Assembly (NCBI GenBank): GCA_964565685.1
Contig: CAZMFR010000004.1
Span: 5,077-69,076, forward strand
Source: an uncultured Candidatus Saccharibacteria bacterium
GTDB taxonomy: Bacteria; Patescibacteriota; Minisyncoccia; Phycocordibacterales; PALSA-1337
Direction of reading: 5' to 3'
Length of the DNA: 64,000 bases
Shown here piece by piece: positions 1 to 9,762 of this stretch. How positions within the stretch are numbered: position 1 is the first letter of the stretch; the number at the start of each line of letters is the position of its first letter. The position numbers and the translations under genes are program-made. The notes under the pieces were generated by a model. The model ran no database searches. It was not told the origin of the DNA and saw only the letters and a list, made by a program, of their open reading frames with translations.

Positions 1-158
1 CCGTGGATCATTTTATTGCGGCAAGAAATGAGTGCATCTTTCATGACAGACATTCTATCATATCCATAAGTCGAGGCCTGGATTTTCCGGGTTGAAATTC
101 AAAATACAAAAGAGCGGACCGAGATGGTCCGCTGTGAGCTATGTTTGCTTGACTGACG

Positions 159-392
159 TCAAGCAATGAGCAATCGGGCACCGGGATTTTCACGAAAGAA
201 TCGTTCGCGCAAACCTCTGTGACCTCCATGCGCTTCAAAATGAATGAGCTTTTCTTCGAACGCCGGCGTGTGACCGACCGATTCTCCTGTCACCCATTCA
301 TTGAACGGACTGTTTATCTCCTCACGGAGCATCGTGTAGAACTTCAACACGATGGATTTTTCGACGGGCATTTCTGGCGCGTTATTTTCCAT
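159..392 (-). CDS. small hypothetical protein
   Basis: 77-aa ORF; TATAAT upstream on the minus strand (near 425-435); hairpin GCGGACC-GAGAT-GGTCCGC downstream at about 113-133. Confidence 0.55.
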   Translation of the reverse strand: MENNAPEMPVEKSIVLKFYTMLREEINSPFNEWVTGESVGHTPAFEEKLIHFEAHGGHRGLRERFFRENPGARLLIA

Positions 393-730
393 ATTTCAAA
401 GGGTTTAAGGTTGACTCTGCACATAATTATATACCCCACTAAAAAATATAGGACAAGGAGTTATCCCCTTTTGGCCGTTTTTTGAGACTATCCGCGCAAA
501 CTGCCTGAAGCGATCCAATGCCCAATGCGACCCTTTGTAGTCGCGGCATGAGTAGGAATCATCTACGAACTTCGCGTCGAAATAGAGGTACAGTTGCCGA
601 TACGGGGCATGATGCAAAAGCATGTCCCACACACTAGCTTTGTGAATACTGCGCGGCTTCGGATCATTGACCGAGAAACAACGTCATGAATAACTTGATT
701 TGTCCGTCGTCAGCGAGCATAGACCATAAA

Positions 731-1849
731 CTATAATAAATCCTCTGGCGATACAATCTGTGTTTTCGCTTCGGGATACTTCTTCAGAAAAGAATCGAAC
801 GAGGTCTGCTTCTCATTATTCCATTTGCATTCGTATACTGAAATTTTCCCTTCAAGTTCTTCAACCACATCTATTTCTTCACCTGTACGCGTCCGCCAAA
901 ACATGACCTGTGCGGGAAAAGCTTCCGTAGAATTGATTTTGAATCTTTCCATGATAAAGAAGTTTTCGAAGAGAGCCCCTTTATCCTGCCTATCATTCAA
1001 CATGGATACGTTATCTATAACGGCATTTCGGACGCCAGTATCAATGAAATATATTTTGAATGCCTTTTTTATCTCGTTTCGAGGATTTCGTGAATATGGT
1101 CTTATTATCTTTATGACATATGACTGCTCCAAAAGCTTGATATATTTTTCGACCGTAGCTCTGCTCACGCCCAACGATAGCGCCAACTCGTTTACCGACA
1201 CGAGTGATCCAATCTGAAGCGCGAGCATTTTGATGAGATTTTTAAATATTCGCGGGTTGCGAATCGACTCAAATGTATAGACGTCCTTGTAAAGATAGTT
1301 CGTGGCAAGATTTTTAAGAAGATCTTCCTTGATCTTTAGATCTTTCTCGGCTACGACGGCGGGATATGTCCCGAGACGCATATAATCATGAAGCTCACTC
1401 ATAGAAATACTACCAACGGTCTGCATAATCTCCGCAATAGAAAGTGGGTAAAGTATGAATTCAAATGCCCGACCAGTAAGCGGCTCATTGATTTTATTTG
1501 CAAGATCGAATGAGGATGAACCTGTGGCAATAATTTGGATATCTGGATAGGTATCTATAAAAGATTTTAGGATCGCTCCAATGTCTTCGATTGTTTGTGC
1601 CTCGTCAAAGACGACGATCTTTTTGTCGCCAATCATACCCTTCAGGAGTTCGGGTTTTCCAACTTCGAAATTCTTGCGGACAGTAGAAAGCTCACAATTG
1701 AAGTACTCACCACCTTTTCCGTATGCCTCAAGAATCTTTTTCGAAAGTGTAGTCTTACCCGCCTGCCTGGGTCCAAAAATTAATATCGCTCTGCCTTTAT
1801 GGAGCCTCTCCTTAATTTTGTTTTCTATTGTACGCTTGAAAATAAGCAT
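731..1849 (-). CDS. AAA+ ATPase with C-terminal DUF4143 / REase-like domain
   Basis: Walker A GPRQAGKT, Walker B VFDEAQ, ATGSS motif, K-I-Y-F-I-D-T-G and terminal EIDVV...YECKW typical of AAA_14+DUF4143 proteins. Confidence 0.9.
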   Translation of the reverse strand: MLIFKRTIENKIKERLHKGRAILIFGPRQAGKTTLSKKILEAYGKGGEYFNCELSTVRKNFEVGKPELLKGMIGDKKIVVFDEAQTIEDIGAILKSFIDTYPDIQIIATGSSSFDLANKINEPLTGRAFEFILYPLSIAEIMQTVGSISMSELHDYMRLGTYPAVVAEKDLKIKEDLLKNLATNYLYKDVYTFESIRNPRIFKNLIKMLALQIGSLVSVNELALSLGVSRATVEKYIKLLEQSYVIKIIRPYSRNPRNEIKKAFKIYFIDTGVRNAVIDNVSMLNDRQDKGALFENFFIMERFKINSTEAFPAQVMFWRTRTGEEIDVVEELEGKISVYECKWNNEKQTSFDSFLKKYPEAKTQIVSPEDLL

Positions 1850-1857
1850 ATATTTAC

Positions 1858-1891
1858 TATATTAGCAATTTGCTAATATATTAGCAATTTG
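1858..1891. promoter_or_regulatory. palindromic operator-like site overlapping the promoter of the DUF4143 ATPase
   Basis: TATATTAGCAA-T-TTGCTAATATA palindrome plus a further TATATTAGCAATTTG copy, overlapping a minus-strand TATAGT 6 nt before the ATG. Confidence 0.5.
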
Positions 1892-2194
1892 TGTTTTTCA
1901 ATATGTTTACAGTCCACAATGAACTGTAAACATAACAAAGGTTCAATTCCACTTGGCACCCTGCCAAAGTTACAGCCGTGTTGAGCCGTGAAAGAGCGAG
2001 GGTGCCGTCGTGGATGATATGAGAACTATTTTTGAGAGGAGAGATTATATTAGTGTGTATGTTCCTATTTGAGTATAAACAAATAAAAAAACCGCCATTT
2101 ACTTTTGAAGACAGCGGTTATATTCCTGCTCCATCAAATAATTTGACTCGTAGCGTAAGGTGCGTTAGTGTACTTCCTGGAAGGAGAAAAGATT

Positions 2195-2383
2195 ATGGCT
2201 AAAAGTGGATTACGGTGTCCTGTATGCGGTATAAGCATGCTCGAAGGCGCGTCCGAATGTTTAAACGGTCATTTACATACCCTGATGTGCCAGAATGCAT
2301 CGCTAATTGTCGCAACAAGTGAAGTTGCTATGCATGTCCTTGAGTCATCGAAGGCAGAGACTGACAAAATAGAATCGAAATAA
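2195..2383 (+). CDS. small Zn-finger-like hypothetical protein (CPVC...CLNGH)
   Basis: SD AAGGAG before ATG 2195; CxxC and CxxxH motifs; terminator follows. Confidence 0.6.
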   Translation: MAKSGLRCPVCGISMLEGASECLNGHLHTLMCQNASLIVATSEVAMHVLESSKAETDKIESK

Positions 2384-2387
2384 TCAC

Positions 2388-2424
2388 AAAGACCGAAAAC
2401 TCACCAGAGTCGTAGGTCTTTTTT
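2388..2424 (+). terminator. intrinsic terminator
   Basis: AAAGACC...GGTCTTT hairpin followed by a T run. Confidence 0.6.
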
Positions 2425-2529
2425 ATTTGGGAAATCGTGGGTGAGTAATGGGAATCGAACCTACTCGGTCGCTGAACATGGGTAGAGCCGTATTTTATGA
2501 GAAGAAGTTAGTTCGATTCTTTGAAGGAC

Positions 2530-4557
2530 CTAGATTGTCAAACCTAACTCCCTCGCAAAGAATGACAACACCAAAGCATGGCTTTCAACAATCTTGATTA
2601 CAGGTTTACCTGAACCATGACCAGCATCCATCTCAGTAAACACAAGAGCTTTATTATCACTATTCGAACTCTGAATAATAGCAGCCATTTTACGAGCATG
2701 AAGTGGATCAACTCGCGTATCCTTATTTGCGGTGGTGAATAAGAAATCAGGATACTTAGTTCCCTCTTTAACATTATGATACGGACTCCATTTAAGTATG
2801 TTTTTAAGGTCTTTTTTCACTTCTGGATTTCCATACTCATGAATCCATCTGATAGCAATACCGAACTTTGGAAAACGAACCATGTCAGTCAGCGGTACAC
2901 GTGAACAAATTGCCTTAAATAAGTCAGGTTTCTGTACACCTACAGCTGACACAAGTAGTCCACCATTACTTCCACCTAATATTCCTATATGTTGCTTGTC
3001 AGTATATTTGCGCGAGATAAGATGTTCAGCACCAGCAATAAAGTCATCAAATGAATTTTGTTTCTTCTCCTTGATACCACCCTTGTGCCACGCATCGCCG
3101 AACTCGCCACCACCACGAATATTAGCGATAGCAAATATTCCTCCTCTTTCTATCCATGGAACCCAATTCCTCATGAATGAAGGGGGCTCATTATTACCGA
3201 ATCCTCCGTACCCATAGAGAATAGTTGGATTATTGCCATTCAATTTAATTCCCTTCTTATGGAAGATAAACATTGGTACCTTTGTCTTGTCTTTCGATTC
3301 ATACCATTCTTGCTTTACCTCATAGTCATCTGGATTGATCGGATTCTCTGTTTTTCTATATTCAACATACTTTTTAGAAGCGGGATCGTATCGATAGACG
3401 ATTCTTGGAAAAATGAACGAATCAACACCGTAGAAAAATTCTTCTTCTTCTCTTCGTGCAGATAATCCTGCAAGATTTGAATATTTTGGTAAAGGTATAC
3501 TGCCAACCTCTCTGCCGTCATAATCGAACTCGACAACTTGAGAACAAGCATTTACGAGATACTCAACAAATATCTTACTATTAGTCGCACCAATAGACTC
3601 AATCAAAAATTCTCTTTCAGAAATAAATTCCTTCCATTCATCAATGTGTCTGAACATTCCTTCATACGTAGACCAGAGTACTCGATAGTTGTTAGCATTG
3701 TAATTGGTATCAATCAATATCTTATCCTTTAAAAATCTGATTGATGACTGAGCTTTAATGCCTACCACTAGAGGATTGATTTCCTTTATCTTATTATCAT
3801 AAATATAGATATCATTCTCAGTCCATGTCTGGGAAACATTAATGCTTAGATATCTACCGTCAGGAGAAATACCGAGACCTATCATGTCGTCTTTTGGACG
3901 ACCTTCGCCGAAAATAAGCTTATCTATATCTGAATCATCGCCTAATTTATGAAAAAATACTTTTGTATGGAGATGCTCTTCATTTTTAGGAACTGTTCCT
4001 GGGCGTGGATTTCTTGTATAGAAAAATCCTGAATCATCAGGTAACCATCTCACTGCTGAGTGGCGGCAACGCACTATATTTTCAGATAATTCTTTACCAG
4101 AATCTATATCTTTTATATATATTGTAGCCATCTCATCACCTCCTTCAGATATACCATAAGCAACATACTTACCTGTTCTAGACGGACTCCAATAATCAAT
4201 AGTGACAGTATTCCCTTTTCGTTTGCCGTTTGGATCATAAATTTTCATCGGCGTGCCACCTAACCCTTTCTTTACATACAAAACTGTTTGATCTTCATCG
4301 GGCTGACGCTCCATATAAAAATATTTTCCATTCACTGGGACAGGATTCAAGAAAGTGACTACTTTAAAATTCTTCGTAAGCTCGCCGGAAAAAGCTTCGA
4401 ATGTATCGTCTTTGAGAGATTCGTCTACGAGTCGATTCTGGTCTTTAATCCAATCTTTGACTTCTGCACTATTTGAATCCTCCAACCAACGATATGGATC
4501 TAGAATTTTTAGACCATGTAATTCATCTACCACACTGTCTCTTTTTATTGATGGCAT
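2530..4557 (-). CDS. prolyl oligopeptidase (S9A serine peptidase)
   Basis: DPYRWLED N-terminus, GGSNGG nucleophile motif, DTRV and AGHG catalytic Asp/His; start moved to MPSIKR. Confidence 0.95.
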   Translation of the reverse strand: MPSIKRDSVVDELHGLKILDPYRWLEDSNSAEVKDWIKDQNRLVDESLKDDTFEAFSGELTKNFKVVTFLNPVPVNGKYFYMERQPDEDQTVLYVKKGLGGTPMKIYDPNGKRKGNTVTIDYWSPSRTGKYVAYGISEGGDEMATIYIKDIDSGKELSENIVRCRHSAVRWLPDDSGFFYTRNPRPGTVPKNEEHLHTKVFFHKLGDDSDIDKLIFGEGRPKDDMIGLGISPDGRYLSINVSQTWTENDIYIYDNKIKEINPLVVGIKAQSSIRFLKDKILIDTNYNANNYRVLWSTYEGMFRHIDEWKEFISEREFLIESIGATNSKIFVEYLVNACSQVVEFDYDGREVGSIPLPKYSNLAGLSARREEEEFFYGVDSFIFPRIVYRYDPASKKYVEYRKTENPINPDDYEVKQEWYESKDKTKVPMFIFHKKGIKLNGNNPTILYGYGGFGNNEPPSFMRNWVPWIERGGIFAIANIRGGGEFGDAWHKGGIKEKKQNSFDDFIAGAEHLISRKYTDKQHIGILGGSNGGLLVSAVGVQKPDLFKAICSRVPLTDMVRFPKFGIAIRWIHEYGNPEVKKDLKNILKWSPYHNVKEGTKYPDFLFTTANKDTRVDPLHARKMAAIIQSSNSDNKALVFTEMDAGHGSGKPVIKIVESHALVLSFFARELGLTI

Positions 4558-4658
4558 AGGTATGAATATTATTATTTCTTTGTTTATAAATGACAGAAAG
4601 GCACACCAGTCTAGAACCACTCTCGACCTACTAGGTCACATATTTAGACCGCTGTCAA

Positions 4659-4734
4659 TGGGGTGCCTACAGGGATTCGAACCCTGACTGAAAGCTCCAC
4701 AAGCTCTAGTGCTAACCATTACACCATAGGCACC
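4659..4734 (-). tRNA. tRNA-His(GTG) with G-1 and encoded CCA
   Basis: Reverse complement GGTGCCTATGGTGTAATGG...TT GTG GA...GGTTCGAATCCC TGTAGGCACC CCA folds as a cloverleaf. Confidence 0.95.
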
Positions 4735-4788
4735 ATATGTTCGATCGCAAAACGCAAAATCGAACGCGACCGGATCATCAATATTTTT

Positions 4789-5346
4789 CTATTGGTAATT
4801 CGGCGGCACTTCCTTTATACCACTTTTATGGTTGGTTAGTCTAGCGAGAGCATACATGAGCGATGACAACCGGTTCAAGAAAGCCAAGGTCGTAGGGTCT
4901 AACGATATCTCTTTTTTTTCTCCCGCCGCTACCGCGCGACGCTCGGCCTTGCGGGCGATGGTGCGAGAGATATCGAATAGCGCCGCCAATTCCGTGCCAC
5001 CAGAGATAAAAAACGTCTTGATAGGCGGCAATTCTTTTTCTATTTCATCGATCATTTCCTCCATCGCATTTACTTTTTCTTGGCCGACCTTTTTATCAGC
5101 TCCTGCTGTTTCCGCTTGGACAGAAAAGAGGCAATTTTGAATCCAGTGGATGATTTCCGCTGGCGATTTCCCTTGCACTTTCCAAGTCATGCCAGCCGAT
5201 TTTACTTTTATCAGACCGAGGAAAGAATTGAGCTCGTCCAATGCGCCCAGTGTCTCTGTCTGACAGGATGACTTTGATTTACGCTTGCCAAGACCGGATT
5301 TAAAATCTTTTGTTGTGCCAGCATCGCCTTTGCGTGTGTATAACAT
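4789..5346 (-). CDS. pduO: cob(I)alamin adenosyltransferase (PduO type)
   Basis: YTRKGDAGTT, GALDELNS, RTIARKAER and LNRLS motifs; start corrected so it does not overlap tRNA-Leu. Confidence 0.9.
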   Translation of the reverse strand: MLYTRKGDAGTTKDFKSGLGKRKSKSSCQTETLGALDELNSFLGLIKVKSAGMTWKVQGKSPAEIIHWIQNCLFSVQAETAGADKKVGQEKVNAMEEMIDEIEKELPPIKTFFISGGTELAALFDISRTIARKAERRAVAAGEKKEISLDPTTLAFLNRLSSLMYALARLTNHKSGIKEVPPNYQ

Positions 5347-5358
5347 GATTTTATTTTG

Positions 5359-5442
5359 TGCGCGGGAGAAGATTTGAACTTCCATGCCCAAATGGGCGCT
5401 ACCACCTCAAGGTAGTGCGTCTACCAGTTTCGCCACCCGCGC
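5359..5442 (-). tRNA. tRNA-Leu(GAG), CCA not encoded
   Basis: GCGCGGGTGGCGAAACTGGTAGACGC...CTACC TT GAG GT GGTAG, long variable arm, GTTCAAATC T-loop. Confidence 0.93.
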
Positions 5443-5653
5443 TCTATTTTGTCGATACTTATGATTTTTACCTTGCAGCGACTCGCCTACTATACCCAAT
5501 ATTTTCATTACTTTCAACTTTCCAGTAGACAAAAGCCCAATGAGCAAACAGGTTTTGTAAGGAGCATACAGACTAGTGTACATAATGTCCGAGCGCAGCC
5601 GGAAGAAAATGACCGCTATTTTTGCAACCAAATGGTTATGCGTTTTTTGACAG

Positions 5654-5685
5654 CATGTTTACAATGTATATACATTGTAAACATG
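5654..5685. repeat. perfect 32-bp palindrome, member of a dispersed ACAATGTAnnTACATTGT family
   Basis: CATGTTTACAATGTATATACATTGTAAACATG; related copies at 6268, 16307 and 24065. Confidence 0.85.
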
Positions 5686-5734
5686 GCATAAAAGCAGACA
5701 CCTCACTCCTTACCAGATATTTATTTGAAACTTT

Positions 5735-6181
5735 CTATTTCTTTGCTTCTTTGCTTTCTTCCTTTTTTCCTTCGGACGTAGAATCAACGGAAGCAGCTTC
5801 GACATTTTCGACGATAGGGTCAGGCGTGTCCATGATGCGGCGCATCTGGTGACGGATTTCCTTGGCGGCCTTTTCGCGGATGAAATAGAGCTTTGCACGG
5901 CGGATCTTCGAGCGCTTGATGAGCTCGACTTTGTCTATCGCTGGAGAATAAAGCGGAAAAATACGCTCGACGCCGACGCCATCGACGACCTTGCGGACAG
6001 TAAAAGTGGCGCCTGCCTGACTGCCGTGCTTTCTAGCCAAGACGAGCCCTTCAAAGGCCTGAAGACGGAATTTGTCTTTTTCCTTGATCTTTTGCCAGAC
6101 ACGGACAGTGTCGCCGGCGCGCAAGTCAAGAACCGCGAGCTTTGCGGTGTCAACGGCCGGCGAGATCACTTTGTTTGCCAT
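5735..6181 (-). CDS. rplS: 50S ribosomal protein L19
   Basis: [35 protein letters not shown]. Confidence 0.97.
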   Translation of the reverse strand: MANKVISPAVDTAKLAVLDLRAGDTVRVWQKIKEKDKFRLQAFEGLVLARKHGSQAGATFTVRKVVDGVGVERIFPLYSPAIDKVELIKRSKIRRAKLYFIREKAAKEIRHQMRRIMDTPDPIVENVEAASVDSTSEGKKEESKEAKK

Positions 6182-6344
6182 AATGCAGATACCTTATCAT
6201 GCGGCGCTTTTTTGTGCAAGAAAAGAGAAAAACAGGTGGTGTTATATACTCTTTTAACTGATGTATGACAATGTAAGTACATTGTAAATTAGGTCAAGAA
6301 AAAAGAAGAGCCCGAACGCGTGGTCCGGGCTTGATGAAAAAGCT

Positions 6345-6887
6345 TTATCGTTCAGAATTGACAACGACATGTATCACTAGTCCATATGGGCATGTGATCA
6401 CAATACTATCGTTATTCTTGGTTACAACTCCCTTTTGAGTTCGAGTCGGCCAAAGTCTGGCGATAGTTGGCAATGTTATTCCACTGTAGATAGGATGCCG
6501 ATGTCTTACGGCTCGAAATTCTTTGTCAACAAAAGGCGAAATGCCCTTAAGCAGAGGAAAAGTAAAATGACATTCACCCGCCCAAAGAAGCAATCTCAGC
6601 CATGCTACAAGTGATGTATCGTCATCACACATGCCCTCACCCGTAAAAAGAATCGGCAAAATATTTTTGACTTGATTTGCAAAGTCCTTTTCTTTGTTGT
6701 ATTTCTCTATATCCTCCGCAAGCTTAAGGACTTTTGATTTGTGACCGCCAGTTTGATCAGAAAGACATTTGAAAAGAGTGTAGAGGAAATCATCTTTTCT
6801 TTCGACACCTTTCTGTAGATAGAACTTTTTTCGAAACTTTTTTTCTTCTTCAGTCGTTTCTGCCGCCATTGCAAATATGTCGCCCAT
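6345..6887 (-). CDS. hypothetical protein (single-gene accessory unit)
   Basis: 180-aa ORF, SD GAAAGGAGG, hairpin AGCCCG...CGGGCT at about 6309-6331. Confidence 0.65.
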   Translation of the reverse strand: MGDIFAMAAETTEEEKKFRKKFYLQKGVERKDDFLYTLFKCLSDQTGGHKSKVLKLAEDIEKYNKEKDFANQVKNILPILFTGEGMCDDDTSLVAWLRLLLWAGECHFTFPLLKGISPFVDKEFRAVRHRHPIYSGITLPTIARLWPTRTQKGVVTKNNDSIVITCPYGLVIHVVVNSER

Positions 6888-6928
6888 AAGGGCCTCCTTT
6901 CCTTAATTTGATTGTTAATTTTCAAAGT

Positions 6929-7720
6929 TTAAATCAACCTTACACCCGGAAAATATTTTTGTAAAGCATCCTTGAAATCCTGTGGCAATGGCGCCTCGGC
7001 TTTCATTCTCTTGCCATCGATAGAATCCCAAGAGATAGAGCGCGCATGCAGGGCAAGCCGTTCAAAGCTGAGGATGTGCGGCTTGCCAGAGCCATACAGC
7101 GGATCACACACAACAGGATGATTCACTGCCTGCATGTGAACGCGGATCTGGTGCGTGCGGCCGGTCTTTGGCTCTGCTTCGATGAATGATACCGGGATAA
7201 GATGGTGAGGAGGATCCGGCGATTCTACCCGAGCAGATCCTTTGACCACATACCAAGTCATCGCCGGACGCATTTCGCCTTCCGCGCTCGCATGGGCAGA
7301 CTTCTTCCTGAAATCCGTCGAGCTCCTGCCGATAGGCCGGTCGATGATGCCGTAATTGTCTTCAAAAATCCCGTGAACAAAAGCCAGATATTTTTTTTGG
7401 ATAGTACGATCCTGAAATTGTTTTTTTAGATGTGCAAAGCCCTTTGCGGTCTTTGCGACGAGCATGATGCCTGACGTGTCTCGATCGAGACGATGGACTA
7501 TGCCTGGGCGAAGAAGCGGTTCTCCGTCAGCTTGGTGCATCGGTTCGCCAGCGTCTTTTGACGACGGAAAAGTCTTTAACACCCAATCTGCCAATGTCGG
7601 CTCTTTCGTCTCGCCTTCTTTAATTTTTCGGCCATCGGAGTGCACGATCAAACCCGCCGGCTTGTTCACGGCGGCGATATCGGCGTCTTCATAGATGATC
7701 TGAATAGGTTCAAGATTCAT
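6929..7720 (-). CDS. RluA/RluD-family pseudouridine synthase
   Basis: NKPAGL, HRLDRDTSG, KTGRTHQIRVH, LHA motifs. Confidence 0.95.
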   Translation of the reverse strand: MNLEPIQIIYEDADIAAVNKPAGLIVHSDGRKIKEGETKEPTLADWVLKTFPSSKDAGEPMHQADGEPLLRPGIVHRLDRDTSGIMLVAKTAKGFAHLKKQFQDRTIQKKYLAFVHGIFEDNYGIIDRPIGRSSTDFRKKSAHASAEGEMRPAMTWYVVKGSARVESPDPPHHLIPVSFIEAEPKTGRTHQIRVHMQAVNHPVVCDPLYGSGKPHILSFERLALHARSISWDSIDGKRMKAEAPLPQDFKDALQKYFPGVRLI

Positions 7721-7836
7721 GATTCATAATCCAAGAATAAAAAACCTTCTTGAAAGTAAGGCCATTATAAGCTATTCTAGGATTATTGGATAATCAAGTC
7801 GCGTTTTCTTAGATCTTGCATCTTGAATCTTCATAC

Positions 7837-7909
7837 GCGCCCTTAGCTCAGTTGGTAGAGCAGTCCCTTTACACGGGAAAGGTCAGGGGTTCAAGTCCCT
7901 TAGGGCGCA
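7837..7909 (+). tRNA. tRNA-Val(TAC)
   Basis: GCGCCCTTAGCTCAGTTGGTAGAGC...TT TAC AC...GGTTCAAGTCC CTTAGGGCGCA. Confidence 0.95.
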
Positions 7910-7979
7910 CAGAAATCTAAAATAGAAAAAGCGACCGAAGCATGAAAAGCAGAGCAAGCTGAGTGAGTGCGTGAAGTCG

Positions 7980-9209
7980 CTAAATACCAAAAGCCCTTTT
8001 ATATTCCTCCGTGTCGTTAAAATGATGCTTGATGCCTTTGATCTCCTGATAATCCTCGTGCCCCTTGCCAGCGCATAGGATGATGTCCCCTTTTTTGGCA
8101 AGCCGTACGCTTTCCAAGATCGCCTCATGCCTGTTCGGAATGGTTTTTATTTTTCTTGCCTCATCCGCAGATAATCCTGTCTTCATTTGATCGATTATTT
8201 TTTCAGGATCCTCGCTCCGCGGATTGTCTGAAGTAAAAATGGCTATGTCAGAAAGCTCCGAGCCGATCCTGCCCATTATATCCCGCTTTATCGGATCGCG
8301 ATCGCCGCCGCAGCCAAAGACCGAGATGATCTTTGCTCCGACAAAAGATTTTTTGATCGTCTGGAGGACATTTTCCAGGGCGTCCGGCGTGTGTGCATAA
8401 TCCACTATGGTCAAAACGCCGCTGGGAGAAATAAAATGTTGGAATCTTCCAGTGGGCGGGTCTATGTCTTTCAAAATCGCATCCACTTTCCCCATATCAA
8501 AGCCGAGGAGCTTGCAAGCGCTCCAAATGCCGAGCAGATTGTAGGCATTGAACTTGCCCAACAGCTTTGATCTGATATTCTCTCCATTGAAAGAAAGCTC
8601 CAATCCGTCAAAGGATATCTTTCTTATCTCTCCATGAAAATCTTCGTCTCGATTGAAACCATAAGAAAACTTTCTGGCTTTTATCCCTTCTAGCATCCTT
8701 TCCCCATATTCATTGTCGGTGTTAGAGATAGCAAAGCTCTCCGCGGGAAGCGACTGAAAGAGCTTTTTCTTGGCCTGAAAATAGTTCTCGAAGCTCTTGT
8801 GATAATCCAAATGGTCTTGGGTCAGATTGGTGAAAATCCCGCCGGTAAAATCGATCCCCGCCGCCCTGCCCTGATCCAGAGCGTGCGATGATACTTCCAT
8901 AAATACATATTCACAGCCATTGTCTGCCATGTCTTTGAACAATTTATGCAAGGAGAACGAATCCGGGGTGGTATGAGTGGCTGGTCTGACCTCTTTTACG
9001 ACAATGTTTTCGACGGTACTGACAAGCCCAGATTTGTATCCCAATCTAGTGGCAATGCGATATAGGAGCGTAGCTGTCGTGGTCTTGCCGTTCGTACCGG
9101 TGACGCCGACGATCTTCATTTTTTTAGCTGGATTGCCGTAATAACATATCGCCGCAACGACTTTTGCTTTCCAAAACACCTTCTTGAGCTTTTTGTATAA
9201 ATTTTTCAT
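7980..9209 (-). CDS. murE: UDP-MurNAc-Ala-Glu--diaminopimelate ligase
   Basis: GVTGTNGKTT, MEVSSH, TNLTQDHLDYH, DYAHTPD, DNPR (DAP specificity), AGKGHE. Confidence 0.96.
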   Translation of the reverse strand: MKNLYKKLKKVFWKAKVVAAICYYGNPAKKMKIVGVTGTNGKTTTATLLYRIATRLGYKSGLVSTVENIVVKEVRPATHTTPDSFSLHKLFKDMADNGCEYVFMEVSSHALDQGRAAGIDFTGGIFTNLTQDHLDYHKSFENYFQAKKKLFQSLPAESFAISNTDNEYGERMLEGIKARKFSYGFNRDEDFHGEIRKISFDGLELSFNGENIRSKLLGKFNAYNLLGIWSACKLLGFDMGKVDAILKDIDPPTGRFQHFISPSGVLTIVDYAHTPDALENVLQTIKKSFVGAKIISVFGCGGDRDPIKRDIMGRIGSELSDIAIFTSDNPRSEDPEKIIDQMKTGLSADEARKIKTIPNRHEAILESVRLAKKGDIILCAGKGHEDYQEIKGIKHHFNDTEEYKRAFGI

Positions 9210-9397
9210 TTTATTTTTCTATATATGATGCCCCTAATTGTATCACCGCCACAGATAATTTCGCCAGTCTGCACATCATAAACACACCAAACATATCGGA
9301 TTAAGATACATATCGTATTTAAAATAAAAGCCAGCGAACATTTTCCCCTTTCGGATGCTGCTGGCTTTGTGAACGATGGCTCTTTGGCTACGTCAAG

Positions 9398-9607
9398 TTA
9401 AAATATCTCCGCCGTGCCGCCGCATAAACGTTTGCCGCTGTGGATTTTATTGGAAAGCATGTCGAGCTCATCCTCTGTCAGTCCCAGGAACCACTTGAGA
9501 TGTTTTGGCTTTATCTTTCCTTGTTTCATTTTTACCAAAAGCGGCTCGATGTCTTTCCTTTCGAGCGCCCCGCCGACAGAACATCCGTATTCGCTTTCAT
9601 TGCACAT
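9398..9607 (-). CDS. small hypothetical protein (single-gene accessory unit)
   Basis: SD GAAAGGAAG before ATG (MCNES); hairpin AAAGCCAGC...GCTGGCTTT at about 9327-9368. Confidence 0.55.
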   Translation of the reverse strand: MCNESEYGCSVGGALERKDIEPLLVKMKQGKIKPKHLKWFLGLTEDELDMLSNKIHSGKRLCGGTAEIF

Positions 9608-9762
9608 AATCTTCCTTTCAAAAAAGAGCATAGCGATTTTCGCCGATATGACAAAAACCCTGTGTCTGGCTTAAAGAATATTTTCTTACAAAATAAAAGT
9701 CAAACTTTTTAACATTTACATTGGTATTTGAACTTTTTGTTAAACTTGTTAGAATATCTTAC

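Noticed and set aside
5574-5600. XerC-arm-like AGTGTACATAA-TGTCCG
   Set aside because: No matching right arm; plausible by chance
4558-5631. Extended starts of the peptidase and pduO, and ORF 5407-5631
   Set aside because: They overlap tRNA-Leu or non-coding leader; homology begins at the downstream Met
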